Assembly (NCBI GenBank): GCA_963729045.1
Contig: CAVSMN010000015.1
Location: forward strand, 32,001-96,000
DNA length: 64,000 nt
Direction: 5' to 3'
DNA from: an uncultured Nitrososphaeraceae archaeon
GTDB taxonomy: Archaea; Thermoproteota; Nitrososphaeria; Nitrososphaerales; Nitrososphaeraceae
Shown here piece after piece: positions 1 to 10,445 of this stretch (within the stretch, counting starts at the first letter, position 1; every line of letters starts with the position of its first letter). Below the pieces are notes generated by a model that saw only the letters and a program-made list of their open reading frames with translations, was not told the DNA's origin and searched no databases. The position numbers were made by a program, and so were the translations under genes.

Positions 1-459
1 GCTCAACCTTTTACTAAAGGGAAGACGGTTATATTTTCAAGAAGCGGGACCTTGATGTATGAAGTTTCATTTCATCTATCCAACTCTGGTTTTGGACAAC
101 GTTTAGGACTGGGAATAGGAGGCGATCCGATTAATGGAACTAATCTAATTGATTCTTTTGAGTTAATTAGGAACAGAGAAGATGTTGATTCTGTTGTTGT
201 GGTTGGTGAAATAGGTGGTGATTCAGAAGAACAACTCGCCGACTATATTATAAGGACTAATTTCTCAAAACCTGTAGTTGCCTACATAGCAGGAAGGTCT
301 GCTCCCAAAGAAAAACGAATGGGTCATGCTGGAGCAATTGTTTACGGAAACTACGGGTCTGCTGATTCAAAAATAAATAACTATGCTAAGGCGAATGTTC
401 CAGTTGCAAAAAGCCCAAGAGAAGTTCCGCTGTTGTTAAGGACAAAACTAAGAAAATAA
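1..459 (+). CDS. sucD: Succinyl-CoA synthetase alpha subunit, C-terminal part (runs off window start)
   Basis: Frame open from base 1 (AQPFTKGKTVIFSRSGTLMYE); motifs GIGGD, VGEIGG and phospho-His loop RMGHAGA. Confidence 0.93.
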   Translation, partial: AQPFTKGKTVIFSRSGTLMYEVSFHLSNSGFGQRLGLGIGGDPINGTNLIDSFELIRNREDVDSVVVVGEIGGDSEEQLADYIIRTNFSKPVVAYIAGRSAPKEKRMGHAGAIVYGNYGSADSKINNYAKANVPVAKSPREVPLLLRTKLRK

Positions 460-500
460 CCAAATAGAGAAAATCTATATTTTTATTTGTCCAACACCAT

Positions 501-686
501 ATGTACTGGGAAATCCATTTGGAAAAAAGATTTTGCACAAACTGTATGTTAAAAACCACCCATGATTGGATAGAGGAAATAGATGTTATTTACACTTATA
601 AAAGAAAAAGGGTGTATAAATGTGGTAATTGTGGTTTCATATCAAGAAAAAGGGGCCTAAGACCCTCGTCTGAATCGGTTTATTGA
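501..686 (+). CDS. Small putative zinc-ribbon protein
   Basis: 61 aa; CTNC...H and CGNC pairs; TATA-like TCTATATT about 25 nt upstream. Confidence 0.6.
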   Translation: MYWEIHLEKRFCTNCMLKTTHDWIEEIDVIYTYKRKRVYKCGNCGFISRKRGLRPSSESVY

Positions 687-775
687 TATTAATGGCATGA
701 TATCTATTTTAACAACCTCAGCTACCAAAATCAGAAGGCTCATTTACCATAATTGGTTAATAACAAACTATTTAC

Positions 776-1375
776 ATGAAAAAAAGATATCTTATTTATC
801 TAGACAACAAAAATAATTATTTGCCCACAAACTCTAGGAGCGTTTTACATTCACTGCGTACGCTGCTAAAAAACTACAACCATGCAGTAATCAGAGATAT
901 CAGGATTTCGAGTTATTTTATCGAGATAGACGTTAGTACGCAGGACAATACACCCCTGAGCCCGGAAGATCATAATTTTTTTGGACCAATTAACATTTTA
1001 GGATCCTTGATCCGCTTAGAAGAATTGAATGAAGTAACCGATTTTATATCCAGAGAAGATGCTGTGATACTATCAGTATTCTTATTCAACATGGAAAGGT
1101 ACTGGAAGTCTCATGAAGTTCTCGAGAGTGTTTGGAAAGATTCAAAGGGACAAGCAAAAAATCTTTTGAATGGTTTGATTCTAGTAGATGCGGCATATGT
1201 ACACCTCCAAAAAGGAGAAAATACAATTTTTTTCTCCATCCTAAATCGCTCTTTGGAAAAGTTCAGAGACTATTCAGAATATTTTTACGATATAAATATG
1301 GAATTATTGTTAAAGGATATCAACAATATAATACTTACCAAAAGCCTATCTACTATCAAAATACATCTGAAATAA
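776..1375 (+). CDS. DUF309 family protein
   Basis: C-terminal FN.ERYWKSHEVLESVWK...GLILVDAAYVH pattern typical of DUF309. Confidence 0.8.
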   Translation: MKKRYLIYLDNKNNYLPTNSRSVLHSLRTLLKNYNHAVIRDIRISSYFIEIDVSTQDNTPLSPEDHNFFGPINILGSLIRLEELNEVTDFISREDAVILSVFLFNMERYWKSHEVLESVWKDSKGQAKNLLNGLILVDAAYVHLQKGENTIFFSILNRSLEKFRDYSEYFYDINMELLLKDINNIILTKSLSTIKIHLK

Positions 1376-1387
1376 TATTTACATAAG

Positions 1388-1475
1388 AGGTGGGGAAGGG
1401 ATTCGAACCCTTATATATTCGCTATCTGTATCTTTGAATCTGCAGGCGAACGCATGGCCGCTCTGCCACCCCACC
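1388..1475 (-). tRNA. tRNA-Cys(GCA) with 16-nt canonical 37/38 intron (1424-1439)
   Basis: Reverse complement GGTGGGG..CCCCACC acceptor stem, TTCGC/GCGAA anticodon stem, CT-GCA-G[intron]A loop, GGTTCGAATCC T arm, U73 discriminator. Confidence 0.95.
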
Positions 1476-1598
1476 AGCTGTTTATTTTACATTGATTGAA
1501 AACTTATATTTCTTTGGTAATGGTTTTCTATCTTTTTTAGATTATGGCTCAAACATTTCAACAACATCAAAAATGATTACGTTCTTGACATTATATTG

Positions 1599-1826
1599 TT
1601 ACTTGATAAAATTTTTTGATGCGAGTATTATATCTTCAGATTTTATGGTTTTCCGGTGAGCATGATTGGCCAACTGTACGGCTTGTTTAGCAATATTTTC
1701 GCCTAAGGCTTCTAAAATGCTTCTCAATTCATCTGCTGCACTGTCACTCACCCTTTCGGCACCGTATTTTTTTATGATCCTGTGAATGGAAGCCAGAGCT
1801 ATTTCCGATTCTGAGTTTATTGCCAT
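1599..1826 (-). CDS. Archaeal histone (HMf-like histone fold)
   Basis: EIALASIHRIIKKYGAERVS...ANHAHRKTIKSEDI, diagnostic RVS and RKTI..ED motifs. Confidence 0.93.
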   Translation of the reverse strand: MAINSESEIALASIHRIIKKYGAERVSDSAADELRSILEALGENIAKQAVQLANHAHRKTIKSEDIILASKNFIK

Positions 1827-2082
1827 TTATTCCATTTGACTTGTTACTTCGTTTATTAAACTCCTATGTAAAATTGATTCAATTAAAGAGTTCATTCTTA
1901 TTACTACATACACATTCTTTATCAGTCGGTCGGATGAATAGACTCATAATGCAATTTACATTAGTTCAGATTGAAGACAACATTGGGGTTCAATAACTAG
2001 TGGATAGATTAATCGCTTGTTAACAAAATCATAAACGAGAAACTAATAATTAATTAGGTGAATCCAATAATGATCAAGTAAT

Positions 2083-2856
2083 TTGTACTACGTTGATTCG
2101 CATATTCATTTGTCAGATAAATATTATCAGAAATATCATAGGATAATATTCGATTACATGCGCCAAGCTAATGTTCAATCAATTTGTGTGTCCGAAGATT
2201 TCAATTCCTCTGTAGAGGCATTATCATTAAAAGAAAAATTTTTTAAGGACTCTGACCTCCTGAGGATTTTTGTTGGTATACATCCACAGTTTGCAGCCGT
2301 TTCTTCTGACCTGCAATTGTTTGAAAGTCTTGTCCAATCCAAACATGATTATATTGATGGAATAGGTGAAATTGGACTCGATCCAACATATGCCAATTTG
2401 GATCCAGACAATACACAAAAAAGACAAAAAATTGTTTTTGAAAAAATGCTAGATTTAGCAGAAACAAATGACATGCCAGTGTCTCTTCATTCTAGAAGAT
2501 CTGTCAATGAAATTCTAGAGATATTGCCATCATATAAAATTAGGAATGCAGTATTCCATTGGTATGATGGCAATAAAAGTAATCTTAAAAGAATAAACGA
2601 TAAGGGATATTTCGTTTCTTTTGGTCCTTATCTTCTGTACTCAAATGACAAACATACATTGTTAAAAGAATCTGATATTAACCTGATATTGATAGAAACT
2701 GATGGGCCAGTCAAATACAAGAATTGTTTTGACGGTACACTTACTTCTCCTTCTTTGGTAGTGACTATAGTTTATTTTGCTTCCATTTTGTTAAAAAAAT
2801 CCTTTGATGAATTATCTGAAATTCTCTATGAGAATTCTACACGATTTGTTAATTAG
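2083..2856 (+). CDS. tatD: TatD family DNase
   Basis: DSHIH, GIHP, IGEIGLD, LHSR, FHW, IETDGP motifs. Confidence 0.92.
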   Translation: MYYVDSHIHLSDKYYQKYHRIIFDYMRQANVQSICVSEDFNSSVEALSLKEKFFKDSDLLRIFVGIHPQFAAVSSDLQLFESLVQSKHDYIDGIGEIGLDPTYANLDPDNTQKRQKIVFEKMLDLAETNDMPVSLHSRRSVNEILEILPSYKIRNAVFHWYDGNKSNLKRINDKGYFVSFGPYLLYSNDKHTLLKESDINLILIETDGPVKYKNCFDGTLTSPSLVVTIVYFASILLKKSFDELSEILYENSTRFVN

Positions 2857-2942
2857 CCTTCCATCCATCTATACTCGGTCCGTCCTTTGGTGAAATCAAA
2901 TTAAGATAAAAGATAAAATACCCTTGTTTTTTTTCTTATCAT

Positions 2943-3182
2943 GTGGATAGAGTCAAAAAAATGGCCAACGAATTGTTGGAACGTTATCCTGATAAATTTA
3001 CTAGTGATTTTAACGAAAATAAAGAAACTATAAAGAATTTTGCTATTGTTCGCTCAAAGGAATTACGAAACAAAATTGCAGGCTACATTACCAAGAATGT
3101 AAATAGAAATCTTGCTCAACAGAATGCTTCACTCTCATATTCTGAAGAAAATACTGAATCTCGAGAAGAAATTGCAGAATAA
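2943..3182 (+). CDS. rps17e: 30S ribosomal protein S17e
   Basis: FTSDFNENK...SKELRNKIAGYITK. Confidence 0.93.
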   Translation: MDRVKKMANELLERYPDKFTSDFNENKETIKNFAIVRSKELRNKIAGYITKNVNRNLAQQNASLSYSEENTESREEIAE

Positions 3183-3184
3183 GA

Positions 3185-3439
3185 TTGATAACTGTTGATT
3201 TAGTTGGTGGTATAAGAAAGACAGCTGGATTTTCAACAGTAAATGTCAATGTAACTAATTCGAACATCAATGAAGTACTGACATTATTGGAGAAGGAGTA
3301 TGATTTGGAAAATAAGATAAAAAAGGATGAAATAATGATCGCCATTAATGGCGTCGAGTCCTCTGTATTGGGTGGAAGGGAAGCTAAAATTTCATCCGGA
3401 GATACTGTTACTATTTTGTCAGTTGTACATGGTGGATGA
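3185..3439 (+). CDS. Ubiquitin-like sulfur carrier (MoaD/ThiS/SAMP, Urm1-like)
   Basis: 84 aa beta-grasp pattern, IAING...GDTVTILSVVHGG C-terminal diglycine. Confidence 0.88.
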   Translation: MITVDLVGGIRKTAGFSTVNVNVTNSNINEVLTLLEKEYDLENKIKKDEIMIAINGVESSVLGGREAKISSGDTVTILSVVHGG

Positions 3440-3489
3440 AGGTCGCTCTTTTTTAAAATATATTATAGTTTGGTGTTCACTATCATATA

Positions 3490-4101
3490 GTGACTTTTGA
3501 CAATGTCTTTAAAGTAATCAAAGTATCCAAAGATCGTATAGGAGTAATAGTTGGGAAGAAAGGTTCTGTCAAATCTGAAATAGAATCAAAATGTAATATT
3601 ATCCTAGATGTAGACGGAGATAATGGAGATGTAACGATCCGACTAAGAAATGAAGCATCATTAATGAATAGTGGAATATTCAAAGCTTCCGAAATAATAA
3701 TGGCCATTTCAAAAGGCTTTTCTCCTGAAAGGGCCTACAGGTTGCTATCTGATGATTCTCTACTACAGCTTGTAGATCTACGAGAATATTCCGGAAAATC
3801 AATGAATTCTTTAGACAGGATCAAATCTAGACTTATTGGACAAAGCGGTAAATTTAGAAAGAATTTGGAGGATTTCTCTGGTGCTGATATATCAATCTAC
3901 GGACATTTTGTAGGATTCATTGGTACTTATGACGAAACGTCTCTAGCTTTAAATGCGATTTTAATGATTTGTAAAGGGAGCTCCCACAAATCAGTGTACC
4001 ATATGCTTGAAGAACATAATAGGAAGAAAAAATTAGCAAAAATGGATCTATGGGAAAAAGTTAAAGTGATTACACTATCTGGCTGCAGAGTAGCAGGTTA
4101 G
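3490..4101 (+). CDS. KH-domain pre-rRNA processing protein (Dim2/Pno1 family)
   Basis: RIGVIVGKKG and RLIGQSG KH loops, AISKGFSPERA, GSSHKSVY; true end may be about 4064 (possible indel in an A run after LWE). Confidence 0.9.
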   Translation: MTFDNVFKVIKVSKDRIGVIVGKKGSVKSEIESKCNIILDVDGDNGDVTIRLRNEASLMNSGIFKASEIIMAISKGFSPERAYRLLSDDSLLQLVDLREYSGKSMNSLDRIKSRLIGQSGKFRKNLEDFSGADISIYGHFVGFIGTYDETSLALNAILMICKGSSHKSVYHMLEEHNRKKKLAKMDLWEKVKVITLSGCRVAG

Positions 4102-4211
4102 ACAATGGAATTTTACTCGGTCCATGAATCTCAGGTTAATGATTTCTATTCTAATGGATGCTATTCTCATGATAATACATCTCTTGTAACAAATGTTGAG
4201 ACTGCTCAGTT

Positions 4212-4781
4212 CTATTTTTTATCCCATCTAGTGAACATATCATTGGTTATTCCAAATTGATCAAGTGTTTTTCCAATGATGTGTGAAATCAAATCGTCAA
4301 TTGATTTTGGTTTATGGTAAAATCCTGGCATCGCTGGTAATATCACCACTCCAATCTCTGCTAACTTTAACATATTTGATATATGGATTTTTGAAAGTGG
4401 AGTCTCTCTGGGGACCAGGACAAGTCTACGATTTTCCTTAATAGTAACCGACGCTGCTCGAGAAATGAGGTTATCGTCGTAACCATTGGCAATGCTAGAA
4501 AGGGTTTTCATACTACAGGGAATAATTGCCATCCCGTCGGTTCTAAACGATCCACTTGATATGGAAGCCGCCATATTATTTTCATCATAGACAAAATTCG
4601 CAATCTTTTTAATCTCGTTGACATTTTCCTCTGTCTCAATCTCGATATTTTTCTCTGCCCACTTGCTAAGTACTAGATGGGTCTCAATCTCAAATTTCTC
4701 TAGTGCCCTCAAAAGCATAATGCCATAAATTACACCGGAACTTCCTGTAATCCCTACAACTATTCTTGGATTTTCTCCCAT
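4212..4781 (-). CDS. ubiX: Flavin prenyltransferase UbiX
   Basis: GITGSSG, ASISSGS, PCSMKTL, RAA.VTIKE.RRLVLVPRETP, PAMPGFY. Confidence 0.95.
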   Translation of the reverse strand: MGENPRIVVGITGSSGVIYGIMLLRALEKFEIETHLVLSKWAEKNIEIETEENVNEIKKIANFVYDENNMAASISSGSFRTDGMAIIPCSMKTLSSIANGYDDNLISRAASVTIKENRRLVLVPRETPLSKIHISNMLKLAEIGVVILPAMPGFYHKPKSIDDLISHIIGKTLDQFGITNDMFTRWDKK

Positions 4782-4838
4782 GTTCTTTATTTATTGTGTT
4801 TCCAATGTTTTATATTTAATACTCTAATACTCTTCCTA

Positions 4839-5749
4839 ATGCTTACAGTTTTTGGTTCGATTGCTTTAGACACTACAAGAACTCCTTTTGAGACCAAAGA
4901 GCGTATCTTGGGAGGGGCTGCTACTTATGCATCTATGGCTGCATCCTTTTTTGTACCTGTCTCATTAATAGGTGCGATTGGGAATGATTTTCCAGATAAT
5001 TATTACACTCAGTTGGGCAACAAAATGGATATAAAGGGCTTAAAACGATTCAATGACAAAAAATCATTCTTTTATGATTCTACATTTGATTTTGACCTGT
5101 CTCATAGGACGACAAACATAACTGAACTGAATGTAATTGAAAATTTTGAACCGACTGTTCCAGTAGAATATAAAAACTCGAAATTTATTTATCTCGCAAA
5201 TAATGATCCTGAACAAAACATAAAAATAATTGATAGTTTTAACAGCTCCTGAATTAATTATTTGCGATACCATAGAATATTGGATTCATAATAAAAAGAA
5301 CTCTGTTATATCTATGATTGAAAAAACTAACGGGGTAGTAATAAATGACCAAGAGGCAAGATTGCTTTGCAATAATTCTAACCTTGTTAAATGTGGAAAA
5401 CAACTTTTATCCTATGGTCCAAATTTTGCAATTATTAAAAAGGGAGAGCATGGTGTATTACTCTTTATTGGTGACGAGGTTGTACCAATACCCGGATACC
5501 CATTAGAAAGCGTTACTGATCCTACAGGAGCTGGAGATTCATTTGCTGGCGGATTTATGGGATATTTAATCTCAAAATCTAAAAGTCATTTTGGGTGATG
5601 ATTTGACATTAATTAAGGAATCAATTCTTATGGGAAGTATTATGGGGACTTTTGCGATAGAAGAGTTTGGAATAGATGGATTAATGCGAATAACTATTGA
5701 AAATATAGTGGATAGGTATGACAAATACAAAAAGATGTTACATATTTAG
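4839..5749 (+). CDS. PfkB family sugar/nucleoside kinase, two apparent frameshifts (about 5245 and 5595)
   Basis: GSIALD, LGGAATYA, KKGEHG, DPTGAGDSFAGG; third frame continues DDLTLIKESILMGSIMGTFAIEEFG to TAG 5749. Confidence 0.85.
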
Positions 5750-5806
5750 CCTTTTTAGAAAGTATTATTATCAACTTTTGGATAATAGATTGTGACCACT
5801 AGTTAA

Positions 5807-6397
5807 ATGAAAGTCCTTATCATTGATAATTACGATTCTTTTGTTTATAATATTGCCCAGATCATGGGTTTATTAAGCATTGATCCTGTAGTGAAACGGA
5901 ATAATCAGATTACCATTAAAGGTATATCTAAAATGAATCCTGATGCAATTATTATATCACCAGGTCCAGGACATCCCAAATACAAAAAGGATTTTGGAAT
6001 TTGTACAGATGTGATAACCAAACTTGGACCATCTGTTCCAATTTTGGGTATTTGCTTGGGACATCAAGGCATTGTGAACGCCTTTGGAGGAACGGTAAAA
6101 AGGGCAAAAGAAATAAAGCATGGTAAGACCAGTAATATCCAATTCAACGGCAATACTGAGTTATTTGAAGGTGTTAAAAACCCATTTGTAGCAACACGTT
6201 ATCATTCATTAATTGCTGATAAAGATAATTTCCCAAAATGTTTGAAAATTACTTCTATTTCATTAGATGACCAAGAAATAATGGGCGCCTGTCACGAAAA
6301 ATATCTGATAGAGGGAATACAATTTCATCCTGAATCGATATTAACTATTGAAGGTAAGAAAATTCTCTCAAATTTTATTCGAATGGTAAAGAAATGA
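5807..6397 (+). CDS. trpG: Anthranilate synthase component II (glutamine amidotransferase)
   Basis: IDNYDSF, SPGPGHP, GICLGHQ, RYHSL, QFHPES; overlaps trpD start. Confidence 0.93.
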   Translation: MKVLIIDNYDSFVYNIAQIMGLLSIDPVVKRNNQITIKGISKMNPDAIIISPGPGHPKYKKDFGICTDVITKLGPSVPILGICLGHQGIVNAFGGTVKRAKEIKHGKTSNIQFNGNTELFEGVKNPFVATRYHSLIADKDNFPKCLKITSISLDDQEIMGACHEKYLIEGIQFHPESILTIEGKKILSNFIRMVKK

Positions 6398-7572
6398 GTT
6401 CAAATATTAAAAATATGGATAAAGGTTTAGAGACAACTAATAGTGATCACAATAACTATAATACAGATGAATTATACTCACAAAACCAAATTTATCTAAA
6501 GAAACTCTCGACTGGGCAGAGATTAAATAATGATGAAATGAGGTCGGTAATGAATAGTATCATTAATGGACGTTGTTCTGATGTTTTTGTTTCAGCTTTC
6601 TTGATGGCTTTAATATTGAATGGAGAAGACCTTGAAGAATTAAAGACTGCAATTGAAATTATCAGGGGATCTTCAATCCCTATCAATCCTGTGTCTGATC
6701 TCCCGATTATAGATAATTGTGGAACCGGGGGGGATTTTTTAAACACCTTCAATATAAGCACCACTTCAGCAGTGATTGCTAGCTCCTGCAAAAAAATAGC
6801 TATAGCAAAACATGGTAACAAATCGTCATCAAGTTTGAGTGGTAGCGCAGATTTGTTCGAATATGTAGGCTATCGATTGGATAACGACGATATCTTGTCT
6901 ATTGTAAAATCGATTGAGAAATATGGCCTTGGTTTCCTTTATGCTCCTAAATTTCATCCAGGATTACGGTATGTTTCTAAGGTAAGGAAGGAGTTAGGAA
7001 TTCGTACAATATTTAACAAAGTTGGACCCTTGTGTAATCCATGCAGAAATCTATATGGTCAGGTAATAGGTGTTGCCGATCCGTATTTGTTGACCATTAT
7101 TCCTGAAATAATACCTATTCTTGGTTTGCAGCGTGCGATGATTGTTCGATCTCAGGATGGAATGGATGAACTGTCTACCACGAGCAGAAACACTATAATA
7201 CATATCACTTTTCAGGATGGAAAGTATATTGTCAAAAATGAATTATTAGATCCTGTTTCATTGGGTTTGCCCAGATCCTCAATCCAAGAAATAACTGTAA
7301 GGGATAGGATGGAATCAATAAATGAAAGTTTACGCATAATATATGGAATACAATCCAATAGATCAAAGGAAGACATTGTTTTACTCAACAGTGCTGCTGC
7401 CTTAATGGTTGGAGGAGATATAGAATCTTTAAGCGATGCAATATCGATTGCGAGAGACTCTTTAAACGAAGGACGCCCACAAAAATTATTAGAGGCTATT
7501 ATAAAGAACAGTGGAGATGTTTCAAAGTTGGAACAAGCTGAAAAAATGCTAAATATTAGCCGCAAGAATTAA
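6394..7572 (+). CDS. trpD: Anthranilate phosphoribosyltransferase
   Basis: DNCGTGGD, FNIST, KHGN, GSAD, RTIFN, DGMDELS. Confidence 0.95.
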   Translation: MSSNIKNMDKGLETTNSDHNNYNTDELYSQNQIYLKKLSTGQRLNNDEMRSVMNSIINGRCSDVFVSAFLMALILNGEDLEELKTAIEIIRGSSIPINPVSDLPIIDNCGTGGDFLNTFNISTTSAVIASSCKKIAIAKHGNKSSSSLSGSADLFEYVGYRLDNDDILSIVKSIEKYGLGFLYAPKFHPGLRYVSKVRKELGIRTIFNKVGPLCNPCRNLYGQVIGVADPYLLTIIPEIIPILGLQRAMIVRSQDGMDELSTTSRNTIIHITFQDGKYIVKNELLDPVSLGLPRSSIQEITVRDRMESINESLRIIYGIQSNRSKEDIVLLNSAAALMVGGDIESLSDAISIARDSLNEGRPQKLLEAIIKNSGDVSKLEQAEKMLNISRKN

Positions 7573-7584
7573 TTATCTTGTTTC

Positions 7585-8187
7585 TCAACCCATTGTTGGG
7601 TTAAATTGCTTACACAATAAGTATATCTCACTACTCTGTTTCCTACTTGCATCGGGCTTTGTTATGTGGACTGCAGAAAATATGCTTTTTACATAGGTGA
7701 TAAATTCCGGTGTTGCCTCTCCTTGAAATACTTTGTACAGTGCATTCCCATTTACTTTAAGGATTTTCTTAGTTATCTCCACCGCCTTCATTGTCAAGTC
7801 AATTTGCTTTAAATGATCCATTTCCCACAATCCGGATACGTTGGGCGCTAGATCTGATAAGACTATATCGGCTTTGCCTACCAAATACTTTGATAATAAT
7901 GTTACCGTTTGTTCATCTTCCACATTTCCATTAATTATAACGACGTTTGAGATCGGTTCGATCTCTTTTATATCGATCCCAATGACCTTTCCTTTACTTC
8001 CCGATATTTTAGATGCAAATTGTAACCAACCTCCGGGAGCTGCTCCTATGTCTACTATTTTCATCCCTTGTTTCAAAATGTGATGTGATTTATTTAATTG
8101 TGAAAGCTTGTAAACGGCACGACTCCTATAGCTATTTTCTTTTGCAAGCTTCCTATAGGGATCTCTTCTTGCATCGGCAAGTTTCAA
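7585..8187 (-). CDS. rlmE: 23S rRNA 2'-O-methyltransferase RlmE/FtsJ
   Basis: YRSRAVYKL, DIGAAPGGW, SDLAPN, KP.ASR..SSE.Y. Confidence 0.95.
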   Translation of the reverse strand: MKLADARRDPYRKLAKENSYRSRAVYKLSQLNKSHHILKQGMKIVDIGAAPGGWLQFASKISGSKGKVIGIDIKEIEPISNVVIINGNVEDEQTVTLLSKYLVGKADIVLSDLAPNVSGLWEMDHLKQIDLTMKAVEITKKILKVNGNALYKVFQGEATPEFITYVKSIFSAVHITKPDASRKQSSEIYLLCKQFNPTMG

Positions 8188-8286
8188 TTATATCATTCTC
8201 ATTAATAAATTGGTAAGCATTCATAATATTTGTTTCTTGAATACTTCTAGTAATGTTTTTTATAGGCATAAATCTAAAAAAATTTT

Positions 8287-8820
8287 GTGCATCCGGATAT
8301 TAGCCACATTCAAAATCTAATAAGAAATTATCCTGATTTTCCTAAACAAGGAATATTGTTCAAGGATATCAATCCTGTATTTAGAGATGGTAAATCCTTA
8401 GACATCCTTGGGAATCATTTTTATGACCAATTCCAAAAAGTTGAGGTTGATTATGTCGCGGGTATAGAAGCGCGAGGGTTTATTTTATCTACATTGTTGG
8501 GTTTGAAATTTAATAAAGGAGTAATCATGATAAGAAAAGCTGGAAAACTCCCTGGAAGTACGATAAAACAAACTTACGGGATTGAATATGGTACAGCCGT
8601 AATGGAGTTGCAGTCTGATTCACTAAGAAAAGGTGACAGAATTTTGATCGCCGATGATTTACTTGCTACTGGTGGCACTGCACTAGCCGCAGCCAGCCTA
8701 GTTGAAGACCTGGGAGGCAACGTCGCGGGTTTTGCATTCATCATAGAGTTATCCTCCTTGGATGGGGGGAAACTATTAAGAGAAAGAGGATATCGTGTTC
8801 ATTCAATGGTGGTTTACTAA
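8287..8820 (+). CDS. apt: Adenine phosphoribosyltransferase
   Basis: PDFPKQGILFKDI, EARGF, RKAGKLP, ADDLLATGGT. Confidence 0.95.
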   Translation: MHPDISHIQNLIRNYPDFPKQGILFKDINPVFRDGKSLDILGNHFYDQFQKVEVDYVAGIEARGFILSTLLGLKFNKGVIMIRKAGKLPGSTIKQTYGIEYGTAVMELQSDSLRKGDRILIADDLLATGGTALAAASLVEDLGGNVAGFAFIIELSSLDGGKLLRERGYRVHSMVVY

Positions 8821-9627
8821 ATGGTATTTAGTGATAAATCTGTAGGAATAGCCATAATTGGTGGTACGGGAATTTATGACCCTAATTTATTTAAGATAGA
8901 ACAATCAATTAATCCTCATACTCCATACGGTCCTACTTCAGACGCAATTATTATTGGAAAATTTGGGAATCAGAGAATAGCATTTCTTCCTAGGCACGGA
9001 AAAGGTCATAGAATTCCCCCTCACATGATAAATTATCAGGCTAACATTTGGGCGCTAAAAGAATTGGGAGTTAAGAGAATCATTGCACCTTCGGCAGTAG
9101 GAAGTTTGGATTATGAAATAAAACCAGGGGATGTTATGCTTCCTGATCAGTTTTTTGATTTTACAAAAAAACGGGCCTATACTTTTTATGATGGACCAAA
9201 AGTATGCCATATTTCTGTAGCAGATCCTTTCTGTGAGGATATGCGAAATATTGTTATCAATTGTATTAATGAGTTAGGTGTCCGTGTTCATAATAAGGGA
9301 ACATACGTATGTATAGAGGGTCCAAGATTTTCTACACGCGCAGAATCTAAGATATATAGGGATATATTTCGGGCTGATATCATAGGCATGACCCTAGTTC
9401 CTGAATGCATTTTGGCTAGAGAAAGTGAGATTTGTTATCTTTCTGTTTCTACTATTACCGATTATGATGTTTGGGCTGATCAACCTGTTTCATCAAGAGA
9501 AATTATAGAGACCTTAAACAAGAACGTTGAAACTACTAGGAGGATCCTGGAGAAGGTAATACCTATGATCCCTGAAGAACAAAACAATTGTTCTTGTGGA
9601 AACTCTTTAAAGGATGCAGTCTTATAA
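8821..9627 (+). CDS. mtnP: S-methyl-5'-thioadenosine phosphorylase
   Basis: IIGGTG, TPYGPTS, RHG, SAVGSL, EGPRFSTRAES, GMT, TDYD. Confidence 0.93.
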   Translation: MVFSDKSVGIAIIGGTGIYDPNLFKIEQSINPHTPYGPTSDAIIIGKFGNQRIAFLPRHGKGHRIPPHMINYQANIWALKELGVKRIIAPSAVGSLDYEIKPGDVMLPDQFFDFTKKRAYTFYDGPKVCHISVADPFCEDMRNIVINCINELGVRVHNKGTYVCIEGPRFSTRAESKIYRDIFRADIIGMTLVPECILARESEICYLSVSTITDYDVWADQPVSSREIIETLNKNVETTRRILEKVIPMIPEEQNNCSCGNSLKDAVL

Positions 9628-9648
9628 AATTTTAACCCTGCGAAAATA

Positions 9649-9945
9649 TTACTGTTTCTTCATTTGAATGGTAATATCTCCCTCAATAATTTTCCTCTGA
9701 ACTATTAATATCACTATTTCAGGATCCAAATTTAATTTTCTAATCTTGTCGCTAGTGGTTTTAGAAATTTTGACGTTTATATTATGTCCACCTATACGAC
9801 CAAAAGCTACTGCACTAAAACTGAACTTGTTGTCATAAATCAAAAAATAGCCCGATAATTTGCTAGCCAGAGCCCCTTCTACTACATGCTTTACACTAAT
9901 GTCGATGTTTAGATTGTCATATTCTTCTGGAAATTCATTTATCAT
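9649..9945 (-). CDS. Hypothetical protein
   Basis: 98-aa ORF immediately downstream of 9947-10369 in apparent operon. Confidence 0.7.
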   Translation of the reverse strand: MINEFPEEYDNLNIDISVKHVVEGALASKLSGYFLIYDNKFSFSAVAFGRIGGHNINVKISKTTSDKIRKLNLDPEIVILIVQRKIIEGDITIQMKKQ

Positions 9946-9946
9946 G

Positions 9947-10369
9947 CTATATCAATTCTTTAGTGATTTCTATGCTCTTGTTTACATTTTCTGAAACCAA
10001 AAAACTCCACCATTCTTTATCAATGATCTTAAAATTTGACGTATCTACAATTATTTTAGTTTCATCATCGGTATCCAAAAACTCTGTTTTACCATCTTTA
10101 GCAATACTTATCAATTTCCATCTATCTTTTCCTTTTCTAAATTTATTTATGGCCACGGCCCAAATTTCGTCGTTCTTGATTTCGGGCATTCCTATCTTAT
10201 CTGTGATATCCAGAATTCCTAATCTTTTTTCTTCACAAAATAGGTTCTTTGTAATTAAGCTTCTCCAGATATCAACCGCTCCTATATTTCTCCCATTTTC
10301 ATTTATGTTTATTACACCAAAATAGGCAATTTTGTCCTTATTATTGTTTGAAGAAGTTGAAGATTGCAT
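9947..10369 (-). CDS. Hypothetical protein
   Basis: 140-aa ORF with protein-like composition, co-oriented with neighbours. Confidence 0.7.
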   Translation of the reverse strand: MQSSTSSNNNKDKIAYFGVININENGRNIGAVDIWRSLITKNLFCEEKRLGILDITDKIGMPEIKNDEIWAVAINKFRKGKDRWKLISIAKDGKTEFLDTDDETKIIVDTSNFKIIDKEWWSFLVSENVNKSIEITKELI

Positions 10370-10445
10370 TCTAAATTATTAATTTAACCGTTTTCCCTTA
10401 TTTAGGCCTTACATCAATACAGCCTTACAAAATATTTATCTCTCT

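Noticed and set aside
2872..4123. Shared 10-mer TACTCGGTCC after tatD and after the KH gene
   Set aside because: Only two copies with no flanking similarity; could be chance
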